In this document: positions 20,276 through 29,815 of the stretch, one piece after another
Position numbering within the stretch: the stretch's first letter is position 1
How the letters are laid out: each line of letters opens with the position of its first letter
Assembly: GCA_039932055.1 (NCBI GenBank)
Contig: JBDTQT010000001.1
Coordinates: 2,418-66,417 of the forward strand
Length of the DNA: 64,000 bases
From: Thermoanaerobaculia bacterium
GTDB taxonomy: Bacteria; Acidobacteriota; Thermoanaerobaculia; Multivoradales; JAGPDF01
Direction of reading: 5' to 3'
Translations under genes and position numbers: made by a program
The notes under the pieces: generated by a model
The model's input: the letters and a program-made list of their open reading frames with translations, nothing else
What the model was told of the DNA's origin: nothing
Database searches by the model: none

Positions 20276-22582
20276 TCAGGTGCGGTATCGCAGGGTGAGC
20301 GAGAACGAACGGCCCGGCTCGGGGACCGCGACGCCGGCGCGGAACGGGTCGCGCTGATAGGAGAGATGCTCGCGGTAGGTCCGGTCGAAGAGGTTGTCGA
20401 GTCCACCGATCAGCCAGAAGCGTCCGAGCTCGATGCCGCCGCGCAGGTTGGCGATCGCCCAGCCGGGGGTCGGGGTCTCCTGCAACCCCGAGTCGACGCG
20501 CTGCTGCTCGGCGGCAGCCACGCCTTCCACCTCCGCGTACCACCGCCCCGGCTCCCAGCGCAGCGAGAGCCGGCCCGAGAAGGGCGGCTGCTCGGGGAGA
20601 TCACGGTCGATGATTCCGATTTCGCGCGCGAGATCGCGCGCGCCGCGCACCCAGGCGACCGTCGCATACAGAGCGACGTGGCGCCCGAGCGGGGCGAGCG
20701 CCGCGACCTCGGCGCCCCACATCCGCGTGTCGTGATTGACGTAGGTGCGGGCATGTTGGTTCATGATGCCGGGGACCATCACGAGACGGGTGCCGTCAAC
20801 CACGGTGACCGCATCATCGATGCGCGCCGCCCAGCCGGAGACCTCGAGGGTGAATCGTTCGCCGCGATAGCTGGCGCCGAGGTCGAGCTGCGATTGGCGC
20901 GGCGCCGCGAGGTCCGGATTGCCGACCCAATCGGTACCCATCCGGCGCAGGCTGAAGTAGCGCTCCTGTGGATCGGGAGCGCGTTCGGCGCTGCCCAGTT
21001 GCACGGTGATCTCCCAGGGATCACGCGGCTTCCAGTTCAGGCCGGCGTTGGCCGACAGCAGGGTGTCGTCCGCCGAAGTGGAGCGGGTACGGTGGTAGGC
21101 GAAATAGAGACTGGTATCGGCGAGCGCGGGATCGGCGGCGGCGGAGACGCGCTCGACCCGCGCTCCCGTCGTCAGGGAAAGGCGCTCACCCAGCGGTCGG
21201 TCGAGCACCGCGAAGAGCGCCGTGCCATCCTGGCTCGTGCCGGGCAGGCTCGCCTGCGCGCGGTAGGCCATGCCGGCCAGCCGAGTCTCGCTCTCCCACT
21301 GCCGGCGCTGGCCCTCGACGCCGAGCCGGAGACCGCCGGCGAGCGCCATCTCTCCCCGCACGCTCCAGTCCTCGGAGAGTGCCTCGGTCACCATCGAGTA
21401 GGCTCGGGGTGCGGCGCTCGAAGAGACGCGCAGGTGGTCGTCCATGTCGTGGACGACGCGCGACCAGCCGAGACTCAGGGCGAGCGATTCGACACGTTCC
21501 CCGGCGCCTTCGGCGCGATAGCTGGCGCGCGCGCGGGTGGCGTCGTCGCGCGTCGCATCCATCTGGAGATAGGGATAGAGCTGGGTGTCGGCCTCCTGTC
21601 GGGTGGCCTCGATCTCCAGCCGCTCGCCGTGGCGCGGGATCCATCCCAGGCCCGCCCAGCCGGTGGCGATGTCGAACGCGCGATCGTCGCGCGCCGCCAG
21701 CCGGTAGCCCGCGGCGGCGGTGAGCGGCAGAAGCTCGGTGAAGGCGCGACCGTCGCCGTCCTCGTAGGCGTCGCCGCGGCGGGAGGCGAGCCCGCCCTTC
21801 AGGCTCCAGCGCTCGTCAGCCCAGGTCACCGTCGCCGACGGCGCCGTGTAGCCGAAGGCGCCAGCGGCCGCGAGCAGGTCGGTGTGCAGTCCTGGTTCGG
21901 GCTTGCGCGACAGGATGTCGATACTGCCCGCGAGCCCTCCGGTGGAGGCGTCGTTCGGCCCGCGATGGACGACGATGCGCTCGATTTCGGCGAAGTCGAT
22001 GTGGAACGCCGGCGGATCCATCCGGTTGGGGCAGGCGCCGTGAAGCGCGTGGCCGTCGATGCGTACGGCGAGGTTCTCGCCCTTCTGTCCGCGCAGCACG
22101 ATGTCGTTGGCGATGCCTCCCTTGCTCAGCTTCTCGAAACCGGGGAGCAGGGCCAGCGCCGCGCCGGCGTCGCGTGCGAAGCTCTCGCGGATCTCCCGTG
22201 AGCCCAGCGCATCGCGTCCGGCGGACTCGCGCACCTCGATCCGGTCGGCGAAGAGGTCGAGGTCGAGGGTGAGAGTGACCGACCCTGAATCGTCCGCTCG
22301 CAGGTCGAGTGTGGCCTCCGGCGGGCCGCCTCCGGGTGGATGGGCCGTCAAGCGGCACGCGCCGGCTTGCGGCAGGGGGGCGAGCAGGCGGCCGAGCTCG
22401 TCGGCGACCAGGGTCCGGGCCGGACCCTCTGGCGGGCAGGCGAGCTCGACGACGGCGCGCGGGACGGGATCTCCGGCGAGATCGACGACGAGGCCGGTGA
22501 GGGTGCGCAGCTCCGCCTGAGCGACGGCGGGGAAGAAGACTCCAGCGAGACAGAGAGCTCGCGCAGTTGGATGGAGGCGCAT
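20276..22582 (-). CDS. TonB-dependent receptor with N-terminal carboxypeptidase-regulatory-like domain
   Basis: Signal peptide MRLHPTARALCLAGVFFPAVAQA. CarbopepD_reg-like N-domain, plug segment (FEKLSKGGIANDIVLRGQ), and a long beta-barrel region. Confidence 0.85.
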   Translation of the reverse strand: MRLHPTARALCLAGVFFPAVAQAELRTLTGLVVDLAGDPVPRAVVELACPPEGPARTLVADELGRLLAPLPQAGACRLTAHPPGGGPPEATLDLRADDSGSVTLTLDLDLFADRIEVRESAGRDALGSREIRESFARDAGAALALLPGFEKLSKGGIANDIVLRGQKGENLAVRIDGHALHGACPNRMDPPAFHIDFAEIERIVVHRGPNDASTGGLAGSIDILSRKPEPGLHTDLLAAAGAFGYTAPSATVTWADERWSLKGGLASRRGDAYEDGDGRAFTELLPLTAAAGYRLAARDDRAFDIATGWAGLGWIPRHGERLEIEATRQEADTQLYPYLQMDATRDDATRARASYRAEGAGERVESLALSLGWSRVVHDMDDHLRVSSSAAPRAYSMVTEALSEDWSVRGEMALAGGLRLGVEGQRRQWESETRLAGMAYRAQASLPGTSQDGTALFAVLDRPLGERLSLTTGARVERVSAAADPALADTSLYFAYHRTRSTSADDTLLSANAGLNWKPRDPWEITVQLGSAERAPDPQERYFSLRRMGTDWVGNPDLAAPRQSQLDLGASYRGERFTLEVSGWAARIDDAVTVVDGTRLVMVPGIMNQHARTYVNHDTRMWGAEVAALAPLGRHVALYATVAWVRGARDLAREIGIIDRDLPEQPPFSGRLSLRWEPGRWYAEVEGVAAAEQQRVDSGLQETPTPGWAIANLRGGIELGRFWLIGGLDNLFDRTYREHLSYQRDPFRAGVAVPEPGRSFSLTLRYRT

Positions 22583-22706
22583 CGGTACATCCTTTCTTTC
22601 GCTATGTCAGGGCTGCAGGCTGCGCCCTCGGCTCGGCGGGCCCGGGGCGGAGACGGCACGCCACGGCCCGCCGACACGCTCGGCGGAGGTTCGTCGCGAC
22701 CGTCAG

Positions 22707-23171
22707 TCAGGCGAGGGGCAGCACGGCGCGCGGCGGCGGGGGGTCCGGAGTGAGGCCGGGTAAGGCGAAGGCGATCGTGCGAACAGGGCGCTGGCGCGCG
22801 CTGTGCTGCGGCGTCTCGAGAGCCGGGAGATTGCCCGGAGGCAGGGCGGGTTCCTGCCGCGTGAGCGCGGAGTCGTCCTCCCCCTGGGAGCAGTCACAGC
22901 CGGCCCGCAGGCCCGGCCCTTGGGGAGTGCGCGACCGTGCGCACCCCACTCCGCCGCGCGACAGCGGACAGACGGAGTCGCTCCCGAGGGTGCAGCAGGC
23001 GTGATTCGCACAGCGGCAGCCGGCCCTCCCGGGGGCTCGTGAGACGAGGCCTTCGACGAGCTCCGGCAGCATCAGCGCCGCGCCCAGAAGCGCTGTGCAA
23101 GCGACGCGAAGGATCCACCGAATGGGCAACACGCTGTTCAGAATAGCTCCCGGTCCGTTCGCCGAGACCAC
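22707..23171 (-). CDS. Hypothetical small cysteine-rich secreted protein (8 Cys: CRC..CC..C..C..CDC)
   Basis: Signal-like hydrophobic N-terminus IRWILRVACTALLGAALML, then a Cys-rich core. Non-ATG start in the ORF track; real start is uncertain. Immediately upstream of the TonB receptor on the same strand. Confidence 0.3.
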   Translation of the reverse strand: MVSANGPGAILNSVLPIRWILRVACTALLGAALMLPELVEGLVSRAPGRAGCRCANHACCTLGSDSVCPLSRGGVGCARSRTPQGPGLRAGCDCSQGEDDSALTRQEPALPPGNLPALETPQHSARQRPVRTIAFALPGLTPDPPPPRAVLPLA

Positions 23172-23175
23172 GCCG

Positions 23176-23194
23176 CGGGGCGGGGCGGGGCGGG
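23176..23194 (+). repeat. G-quadruplex-type motif (GGGGC)x3-GGGG
   Basis: Four runs of GGGG separated by single C, read directly (+/-1 nt). Lies between the 5-FCL stop and the Cys-rich ORF start. Confidence 0.4.
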
Positions 23195-23289
23195 GTGCGA
23201 CGGTTTCGTCGTGGGCAGTCTGTCGCCTCGCCGTCCGCAGGCTGCATGACGGCGGTCATAGCCGGCCGAGCCGGCCGCCAGAGGTCAGG

Positions 23290-23889
23290 CTAGCGGCGCG
23301 GCGGCCGCAGGACCTCGGCCTCGGTCACGACCACCGCCAGCGCAATGTCATGGGGTTCGGCCGGCAGCTCGTCCACCAACTGCTCGACGAAGGCGAGGCC
23401 GATGGCCGGGAATGGGCGGCCGGCGAGGAAGCGGTCGAAATAGCCGCTGCCATAGCCCAGACGGAAGCCGCGGCGGTCGAAGCCCAGGCCGAGCACGAGC
23501 GCCACCTCGATCGTTTTCGAGATCGCCTCCGCCGCCACCTCGGGGGCTCCGCGCGGCGGCTGCCGCAGGCCGAACGAAACGGTGCGCAACGGACAGGGGT
23601 AAGGGTGGACGTGCAACTGGCGGTCGCGCGGATCGGCGCGCGGGACGTAGAGCTGCTTGCCCGCAGCGAGCAGGCGCTCCACCAGGCGCCAGGTGTCGAG
23701 CTCCACGCCGAATGAGAGGCAAGTGAGGATGTGCTGCGCGCGGGCGATCTCCGGCAGAGTGAGCAAGCGCTCGGCGACGCGGTCGGCGGCGCGGGCGGCG
23801 CTCGCCGGGTCGATCGCGTCGAGCCGTTCGCGCAGCCGCTCGCGCAGTTCCGCCTTGGTCGGCGACGGTGTCATGGGCGCTCCGGGCAT
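23290..23889 (-). CDS. 5-formyltetrahydrofolate cyclo-ligase (MTHFS family)
   Basis: The 5-FCL fold is recognisable from PTKAELRERLRERLDAIDPA...LGLGFDRRGFRLGYGSGYFDRFL (the conserved GYG.G.YD motif). Start chosen at the internal ATG; the upstream extension is rejected. Confidence 0.7.
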   Translation of the reverse strand: MPGAPMTPSPTKAELRERLRERLDAIDPASAARAADRVAERLLTLPEIARAQHILTCLSFGVELDTWRLVERLLAAGKQLYVPRADPRDRQLHVHPYPCPLRTVSFGLRQPPRGAPEVAAEAISKTIEVALVLGLGFDRRGFRLGYGSGYFDRFLAGRPFPAIGLAFVEQLVDELPAEPHDIALAVVVTEAEVLRPPRR

Positions 23890-23909
23890 CGACTTGTCCT
23901 GGCGCCGGG

Positions 23910-24356
23910 CTAAGGCTTCTTGCGCGTCGCCAGATAGTCGGCGGCGCTCGTCGGACCCAGGACGAAGGTGTCGGTATGTTCGGCGACGTACTTGCGGAAG
24001 CTCAGGAAGAAATCGGCCCCCGAAGGCAGTCCGAGCTTCTTCCAGGCTTCGCCCAGTGCCGCGGACTTCTCGGGCGGAATCTCCGCCGGCTGGATGAGCA
24101 TGAAATCCCAACTGGCGCCGTCACTGTGGACATAGAGCTGACGCGGCGGCAGCCCCGCCATGCGGTTCGCCTCGTCGTACGAGGCGATCGCTTCGAGGAA
24201 CGCCTGATGTTCGCCGGGGGCGATGCGGTAGATCTCGACCAGCATTCTGGTCGGTTCGCGGGTCGGCTCCGGCGCGGGCTCGGCGGTGAAGCCGGCTGCC
24301 GCCGCGAACAGTGCACCGGCAAGGCAGGTCAGGAGTGCGAAGCTTCTTTTGCTCAT
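23910..24356 (-). CDS. Secreted hypothetical protein (148 aa)
   Basis: Signal peptide MSKRSFALLTCLAGALFAAAAG; no family recognised. Sits between the M14 peptidase and 5-FCL genes on the same strand. Confidence 0.5.
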   Translation of the reverse strand: MSKRSFALLTCLAGALFAAAAGFTAEPAPEPTREPTRMLVEIYRIAPGEHQAFLEAIASYDEANRMAGLPPRQLYVHSDGASWDFMLIQPAEIPPEKSAALGEAWKKLGLPSGADFFLSFRKYVAEHTDTFVLGPTSAADYLATRKKP

Positions 24357-24401
24357 CGAAGATTCTCCTCAGGTGTCGAAAGTCCAGTCCAGCTCGGCGC
24401 T

Positions 24402-26246
24402 TCAGCGGCCGTTACTGCCGAGGACGAGCTCGCGCCGCTCCTGGCCGGCGCGGGCGTGGAACGCATCGACCGAGATCGTCTGTCCGGCGGGAGCGGCGAC
24501 GAGCCAGTCGACGAAGGCGCGGTCGGGCGTACCGGGGGAGTATCCCCACCAGGTCGCTGTCGAGCGCTGGCCGATGCGGCCCTGGAGCTCGCCCAGGGCC
24601 CGGCGGGACTCGCCCTCGACCAGGCGGGCCCCCGGCGGCAACGTGAGCTCGGCGAAGACGCCCCGGCTGACCTGCTGATCGATCGCCCTCTGCGCACCGT
24701 TGGTCGGCAGGAAACCCTGGTTCTCGACCACCAGGCGCACCCGCCAGAGGTCGGCGCCGAGCGCCTCGGCGGTGAGCGCGCGAATGGCCAGGCGCGGTGT
24801 GGTGAGGCCGAGGTAGATGAGCCACTCGCTGTGCGGCGCGACCTCCTTCTCGAGGCGGTCGAACGGGATGTTGTACCAGGAGCGCACCAGGTCGAAGCCG
24901 CCGATCTCGACCTCTCCCAGTTGTGGATGCTGGAACTTGCGCCACGGCACGAAGCCGTCGCCGCCCAACTCCCGATCGCTCCAGCGCAGCAGGGCGACCT
25001 CGTCGGCGACCGGGTGAAAGCCCCACAGCCAGGCGGAGGCCGTCGTGCCCGCGAGAGAGATGCCGGCGGCGCGCAGCGGGTCCCAGAACTCGGTAATGAA
25101 GGAGAGGATCCCGCGCTGGTCGTAGAGCCAGCCGAAGGCGCTCGGCAGATAGCTCTCGTTCTCCTTGCTGCGCAGGTCGAGGTACGACATGGCGCGATAG
25201 CCGGTGAGCTCGGCCGCCTTGCCGGCCAAAGTGTCGAAGGTCCGGCGGTCGGCGTCCGGCAGGCGCTCGACGAGGTTCACAGGCGGCGTGAGCACCAGGC
25301 CGCCGAAGGTGTGGCAGGTAACGTGCGCGACGATGTTGGGCCGCGCGGCGATCGCCGCGACATAGGCGGAAATCTCGGGTTCGGAGACCGGATAGGGCCC
25401 GGAGCTCCGCCCACGCGGACTGTCCCGCAGGTCGGCGGGGAAGTTCGCGCCCAGGTCGAGCGGCTCGGCGGCCGGCGGGTCGGCGATGGTCACGCCGTCG
25501 TAGCCTGCGATGTCGCCCTCCGGCAGGACACGCCAGAACTCGCCGCTGGTCTCGTCGGGGGCGCGCGGAACGAGCAGGCGACGGTCGGCGGGATACTCCT
25601 TCCACGGTCCGTTCGGGTCGCGCAGACGCATGAAGACCGAGCGCCCGTCGCCGTCGATGTCGCGCGCATGAATGCCATCATCCGGAGGTCCTGGCGGGTA
25701 GGGCCGGGCGACCGAACGGATGAACCTTCCCTGCGCCAGGGTCGCTTCGACTCCGTCGGGCGTGAGGCGCGGCAGCACATAGACGGCGCGGCTCTCGAGC
25801 AGCGTGGTGACGCGCTCGTCGCTGCCGAAACCGGCGAGGAGTCGGTGCACGAAGTGCAGAGCGGCGACCCCTCCGCCCCATTCGGTGGCGTGCATGTTGC
25901 CGTCGACGACGATCGCCGGCTTCGCCGCGGCTGCGCCGGTGGCGCGCGCGGTCAGAGTGAGAAACCATAGATCCCGGCCTTCGGGAGTCTTCCCGAGGCT
26001 CTCGAGCTCGAGCAGGTCCGGCCGCGCCGCGGCCCAGGCGTGCAGCAGCGCCGTCAGATCGTCGTAGCGCAGGATGTGATCGAACGGCAGCTCCGCGATC
26101 GCCTCGACGGCGGCGACCGCGTCGGCTGCCGGAGGTTTCGCCGGCGTTTCGCCGGCGGCTGCCACGACCGCCGCGAGCGCGGGCGGCGAGAGCGCAACGG
26201 CAGGCAGGGCGAGGATCACAGCTATCGACAGCGCCTGCTTGTTCAT
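24402..26246 (-). CDS. M14 family zinc carboxypeptidase, secreted
   Basis: Signal peptide MNKQALSIAVILALPAVALS. Zn-binding HATEWGG (HxxE) motif and peptidase_M14-like architecture. Confidence 0.75.
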   Translation of the reverse strand: MNKQALSIAVILALPAVALSPPALAAVVAAAGETPAKPPAADAVAAVEAIAELPFDHILRYDDLTALLHAWAAARPDLLELESLGKTPEGRDLWFLTLTARATGAAAAKPAIVVDGNMHATEWGGGVAALHFVHRLLAGFGSDERVTTLLESRAVYVLPRLTPDGVEATLAQGRFIRSVARPYPPGPPDDGIHARDIDGDGRSVFMRLRDPNGPWKEYPADRRLLVPRAPDETSGEFWRVLPEGDIAGYDGVTIADPPAAEPLDLGANFPADLRDSPRGRSSGPYPVSEPEISAYVAAIAARPNIVAHVTCHTFGGLVLTPPVNLVERLPDADRRTFDTLAGKAAELTGYRAMSYLDLRSKENESYLPSAFGWLYDQRGILSFITEFWDPLRAAGISLAGTTASAWLWGFHPVADEVALLRWSDRELGGDGFVPWRKFQHPQLGEVEIGGFDLVRSWYNIPFDRLEKEVAPHSEWLIYLGLTTPRLAIRALTAEALGADLWRVRLVVENQGFLPTNGAQRAIDQQVSRGVFAELTLPPGARLVEGESRRALGELQGRIGQRSTATWWGYSPGTPDRAFVDWLVAAPAGQTISVDAFHARAGQERRELVLGSNGR

Positions 26247-27733
26247 CGTTTCCTCGTCTTTCGTTTCGCTTGCGAAGCGCGGCGCGGCGACTCCTGGGCG
26301 GCTCGCCTGAGAACCGGCAGCATGCGCTGGAAAGCCGAGCGCAGGAGCTCGGCGGGGAAGGCGGTGAAACCGAAGACCAACCCGGGCGCGGTCGCTGTCG
26401 CAGTCGACTCCATGGCGAAGTGCGACAGGGCCGGCACGTCGAAGCCGGCCTCCGCCAACCGGCTCGACCAGGCGTCGTCGTCGGCGCCCTCGGGAAGGAA
26501 CGCGACGACGTTCATGCCGCCGTCGGCGTTGCCAAGCGTGACCGGCAACGCGGCCCGGGCAAACAGGTCGAGGAAGAGCTTCTGTCGGAGGGCGTACTCG
26601 CGGCGGCAGCGACGGATATGGGAGTAGAAGGCGCCGCTCTCGAGGAAGAGCGCCAGCGTCGCCTGGTCGAGGAGAGGCAGGTGGTCGTCGTTCAGGTGTT
26701 TGAGCGCGACGAAGCGCTCGAGCAGCGGCTCCGGCACGACGACGTAGCCCAGGCGCAGCGACGGAAAGAGCAGCTTGCTGAAGGTGCCGGCGTAGATGAC
26801 GCGGCCGCTGTTGTCGAGGCTTTGCAGCGAGGGCAGCGGACGCGCGCCATAGCGCAGCTCCGAGTCGTAGTCGTCCTCGACCACCCAGGACTTCGTGCGT
26901 CCCGCGAAGTCGATCAGCGCCAGCCGGCGCGGCAGCGAGAGCGAGACGCCGGTCGGAAACTGGCGCGACGGCGTGGTGTAGATCATCGCCATCCGGCCGC
27001 TCGCCGCAGGCGGCGGAATCAGGCCCTGCTCGTCGATGGCGCCGGGCGCGACGCGCGCGCCGGCATTCAGGCAGGCGAGGCGCGCTTCGACGTAGCCTGG
27101 GTCTTCCATGTAGACCTGGTCGCGCGAGCCGAGCAGGAGCAGCGAGAGCAGGAAGAGCGCCTGTTGCGAACCGGAGGTGATGACCACCTGCTGCCAGTCG
27201 CAGCGCACTCCACGATGGTCACGCAAATAGGTGGCGACGTTCTCGCGCAGGGCCGGCAGGCCGGCGATGCAGTCTGCCTGGTAGTGCAGGATATTCCTTC
27301 CCTCCCGCCGCAGGACCCGGCTCCGCAGGCGATTCCAGGTCAACAGGGGGAAGAGCCCGATGTCGGGCTGACAGGGTCGGAAGGGGCGCGGCGGCGAGAG
27401 CGGCGGGTGGCTCCCCTGCGTGGTCGCCGGGATGACCGGCTCGAGCGGTGAAGGGGACCGTCGTGCGTGCCGCGTCAGGGCGATGGTCGAGCTCACCGAG
27501 ACGCCCGAGCGCGGGGCGGAGTCGAGATAGCCTTCGCTCACCAGCCGGTCGTAAGCGTAGATTGCCGTGTTGCGCGACACCTCGAGCTCGGCGGCGAGGT
27601 CGCGCGTCGAAGGCAGGGACTCGCCAGGAGCGAGGGCGCCGCTCTGGATGAGATCGCGAATCTGGCGGGCGAGCTGGTCCTGCAAGGTGAGGCGCGACGA
27701 GCGATCGATCGACAGGTCAGCGAGGGTGCGCAT
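26243..27733 (-). CDS. MocR/GabR-type transcriptional regulator (GntR HTH + class I aminotransferase-like PLP domain)
   Basis: N-terminal wHTH (LPSTRDLAAELEVSRNTAIYAYDRLVSEGYL) and a C-terminal AAT-like domain with PLP-lysine context TFSKLLFPSLRLGY. Start trimmed to the internal ATG MRTLADL; the 151-aa S/P-rich extension in the ORF track is rejected. Confidence 0.8.
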   Translation of the reverse strand: MRTLADLSIDRSSRLTLQDQLARQIRDLIQSGALAPGESLPSTRDLAAELEVSRNTAIYAYDRLVSEGYLDSAPRSGVSVSSTIALTRHARRSPSPLEPVIPATTQGSHPPLSPPRPFRPCQPDIGLFPLLTWNRLRSRVLRREGRNILHYQADCIAGLPALRENVATYLRDHRGVRCDWQQVVITSGSQQALFLLSLLLLGSRDQVYMEDPGYVEARLACLNAGARVAPGAIDEQGLIPPPAASGRMAMIYTTPSRQFPTGVSLSLPRRLALIDFAGRTKSWVVEDDYDSELRYGARPLPSLQSLDNSGRVIYAGTFSKLLFPSLRLGYVVVPEPLLERFVALKHLNDDHLPLLDQATLALFLESGAFYSHIRRCRREYALRQKLFLDLFARAALPVTLGNADGGMNVVAFLPEGADDDAWSSRLAEAGFDVPALSHFAMESTATATAPGLVFGFTAFPAELLRSAFQRMLPVLRRAAQESPRRASQAKRKTRKR

Positions 27734-27764
27734 GCCGTAAGTCCGGCGCGATGATAAGCGATCT

Positions 27765-29171
27765 TTATTCTCGAGCCGCCGGCGCGCTCCGGCGCTCGAA
27801 CGCCTGGAAGGCGAAATACAGCGGCACGCCCGCGAAGATGAGGCCGACGCCGAGGAGGGCCGGCCAGAAGCTGGCGACGAAGGTGCTGACGATGATGCCT
27901 GCGGTGGCCAGCAGGAAGAAGACCGGCGTGACCGGGTACCACGGACAGCGATAGGGCCGCGGGAGATCCGGTTCGCGGCGGCGCAGCACGAGGACCGCGG
28001 CCACCGCGAGGCCGTAGAAGATCCAGGAGGTGAAGACGAAGGAGGTGAAGAGCTGCTGGAAAGTTCCCACCAACGTGAAGAGGGCGGCGAAGATCCCCTG
28101 GGCGACGGTCGCCACGACCGGCGCGTGGGTGCGCGGGTGGATACGGGCGAAGGCGCGGAAGAACAGTCCGTCGGCCGCCATCGCATATGTCACCCGCGCC
28201 GCGCCCAGAGTAATCCCGTTCATCGTCCCCAGGATCGAGACCACGATGAGCAGCGAGATCGACACCGCGGCTCCCGGGCCGAGCGCCTCCTGCACGGCGA
28301 GGGCTGCCACTCGGTCGCTGCCGCGTATCGCCTCCGGCGAGAGCACCGCGTAGTAGGCCGCGTTGACGACCAGGTAGACCACGAAAACCAGCACCGTGCC
28401 GAGGAGAAGGCTGCGCGGAATCGTGCGCTCCGGCTGCTTGACCTCGCCGGCGGCGAACGACAGGAAGTGCCAGCCGTCGTAGGCCCAGAGCACGGCGACG
28501 AGGGCCACGCCGAAACCCAGCCAGGGTATGCCGCTCATCGCTGCGCCGGCGTCGGCGGTGGAGCTCGGGGACCAGTGGCTCCAGAGGCGGTCCAGGCTGC
28601 CGCGCGAGTAGAGCATCACCGTCATCCAGGCGATTCCCGCGACCTTGAGCGCCGTCAGAGCGTTCTGGACCCACTTGCCCACCGTGACGCCGGCCGAGTT
28701 GACGGCGACGAAGAGCGCGATGCAGCCGAGTTGCAGCAGCTTCTGCTGGGCGACGGAGAGGTCGAAGATCGGTCCGGCGTAGAGGCCGATCGCCGCCGCC
28801 AGGGCGGCGAGAGATCCGGAGTGGATGAGCGCCATCGCGCTCCAGCCATAGACGAAGCCGGTCCGCGGGCCGAAGGCGCGAGCGAGGTAGACATAGAGTC
28901 CGCCGGCCTCCGGCAGCGCGGCGCCGAGCTCGGCGAGCGCCACCGCCCCGCAGACGCTCAGCAGCCCGCCGAAGGCCCAGACGGCGGCGACCGCGGCGAG
29001 CGAGTGGAGCTCCCGCGCGATGCTCCCGGCCATCAGGAAGATGCCGGAGCCGACCATGATGCCGGTGATCAGCGAGACAGAGTCCCAGAGTCCGAGCGCC
29101 CGGACCAGCTGCGTCCCGCGCGCTGGCCCGGTCGGCGCGGCCGCCGCGGCGGCTCCTTGCCCGTCCCTCAT
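27765..29171 (-). CDS. APC superfamily amino acid permease
   Basis: LGLWDSVSLITGIMVGSGIFLMAGS N-terminal APC signature and 12 predicted TM segments. Start trimmed (MRDGQG...); the 264-aa R-rich N-terminal extension in the ORF track is rejected. Confidence 0.8.
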   Translation of the reverse strand: MRDGQGAAAAAAPTGPARGTQLVRALGLWDSVSLITGIMVGSGIFLMAGSIARELHSLAAVAAVWAFGGLLSVCGAVALAELGAALPEAGGLYVYLARAFGPRTGFVYGWSAMALIHSGSLAALAAAIGLYAGPIFDLSVAQQKLLQLGCIALFVAVNSAGVTVGKWVQNALTALKVAGIAWMTVMLYSRGSLDRLWSHWSPSSTADAGAAMSGIPWLGFGVALVAVLWAYDGWHFLSFAAGEVKQPERTIPRSLLLGTVLVFVVYLVVNAAYYAVLSPEAIRGSDRVAALAVQEALGPGAAVSISLLIVVSILGTMNGITLGAARVTYAMAADGLFFRAFARIHPRTHAPVVATVAQGIFAALFTLVGTFQQLFTSFVFTSWIFYGLAVAAVLVLRRREPDLPRPYRCPWYPVTPVFFLLATAGIIVSTFVASFWPALLGVGLIFAGVPLYFAFQAFERRSAPAARE

Positions 29172-29815
29172 TCGCCGGTGCTCGCAGGCCGGCCGGCATT
29201 CTCGTGCCGGATCGCCGCGGCGAGGGTGAGGTGCTCCGGGTCGAGCGACGAGGCCAGGTGGTCGGCGACCGCCAGGGCGTCGCGCAGCGGTTCGTCCTGG
29301 CCGAGCTTGAACTTCGCCTCGAAGCGCTCGATCTCGAGCTCGAAGCCGACGATGTGCGGCAGCCGCCGGGTGATCTCGGAGTGCGGAATCTCGTCCATGC
29401 GCCACCCGTCCGGAATCGGCGTCTCCATCCTGTCGTTGAGGATCCCGAGCGTCCGCTCGAGCTCCGCCGTCGTCTGCTCGCGGACGCGACCGTAACAGTG
29501 AACTGCGGAGTAGTAAAAGGTGCTCGGCATCTGCCGTTCCGGGTACCAGGAGGCCGTGACGTAGCTCTGCGGCCCGTGGAAGATCGCCAGGGTCGGCGTC
29601 GGCGTCGCGAACAGCGCCCGGGCGTGGTCGTTGGCGCGGGCGAGGTGCCCGAGCAGTACGCCGTGCCTGCCGCGCGACCGGTCGAGCAGCAACGGCAGAT
29701 TGGTGGCGAACGGCCCCTCTTCGCCGCTGTTGACGAGCAGGGCCCAGGGATAGTCGTCGACGAGCCGGTAGGCGGTGTCGAGCGACCGTGGCTGCCAGCA
29801 CGATCGGATGAACAT
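29168..29815 (-). CDS. PaiB family FMN-binding negative transcriptional regulator-like protein
   Basis: MFIRSCWQPRSLDTAYRLVDDYPWALLVNSGEEGPFATNLPLLLDR matches the PaiB N-terminus. Its stop overlaps the permease start (ATGA). Confidence 0.7.
   Translation of the reverse strand: MFIRSCWQPRSLDTAYRLVDDYPWALLVNSGEEGPFATNLPLLLDRSRGRHGVLLGHLARANDHARALFATPTPTLAIFHGPQSYVTASWYPERQMPSTFYYSAVHCYGRVREQTTAELERTLGILNDRMETPIPDGWRMDEIPHSEITRRLPHIVGFELEIERFEAKFKLGQDEPLRDALAVADHLASSLDPEHLTLAAAIRHENAGRPASTGE

Noticed and set aside
20030-22201. 723-aa plus-strand ORF antisense to the TonB-dependent receptor
   Set aside because: R/G/A-rich with no motifs. The receptor frame has signal peptide and plug/barrel features.
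22583-22706. Possible cobalamin or other riboswitch in the TonB-receptor leader
   Set aside because: No B12-box (GCCACTG) or other recognisable riboswitch core was seen on the minus strand. Left as unexplained leader.
23868-25970. 700-aa plus-strand ORF antisense to the M14 peptidase, and 24412-25605 minus alternate frame
   Set aside because: Arg-rich junk translations. The M14 frame has the HxxE zinc motif and a signal peptide.
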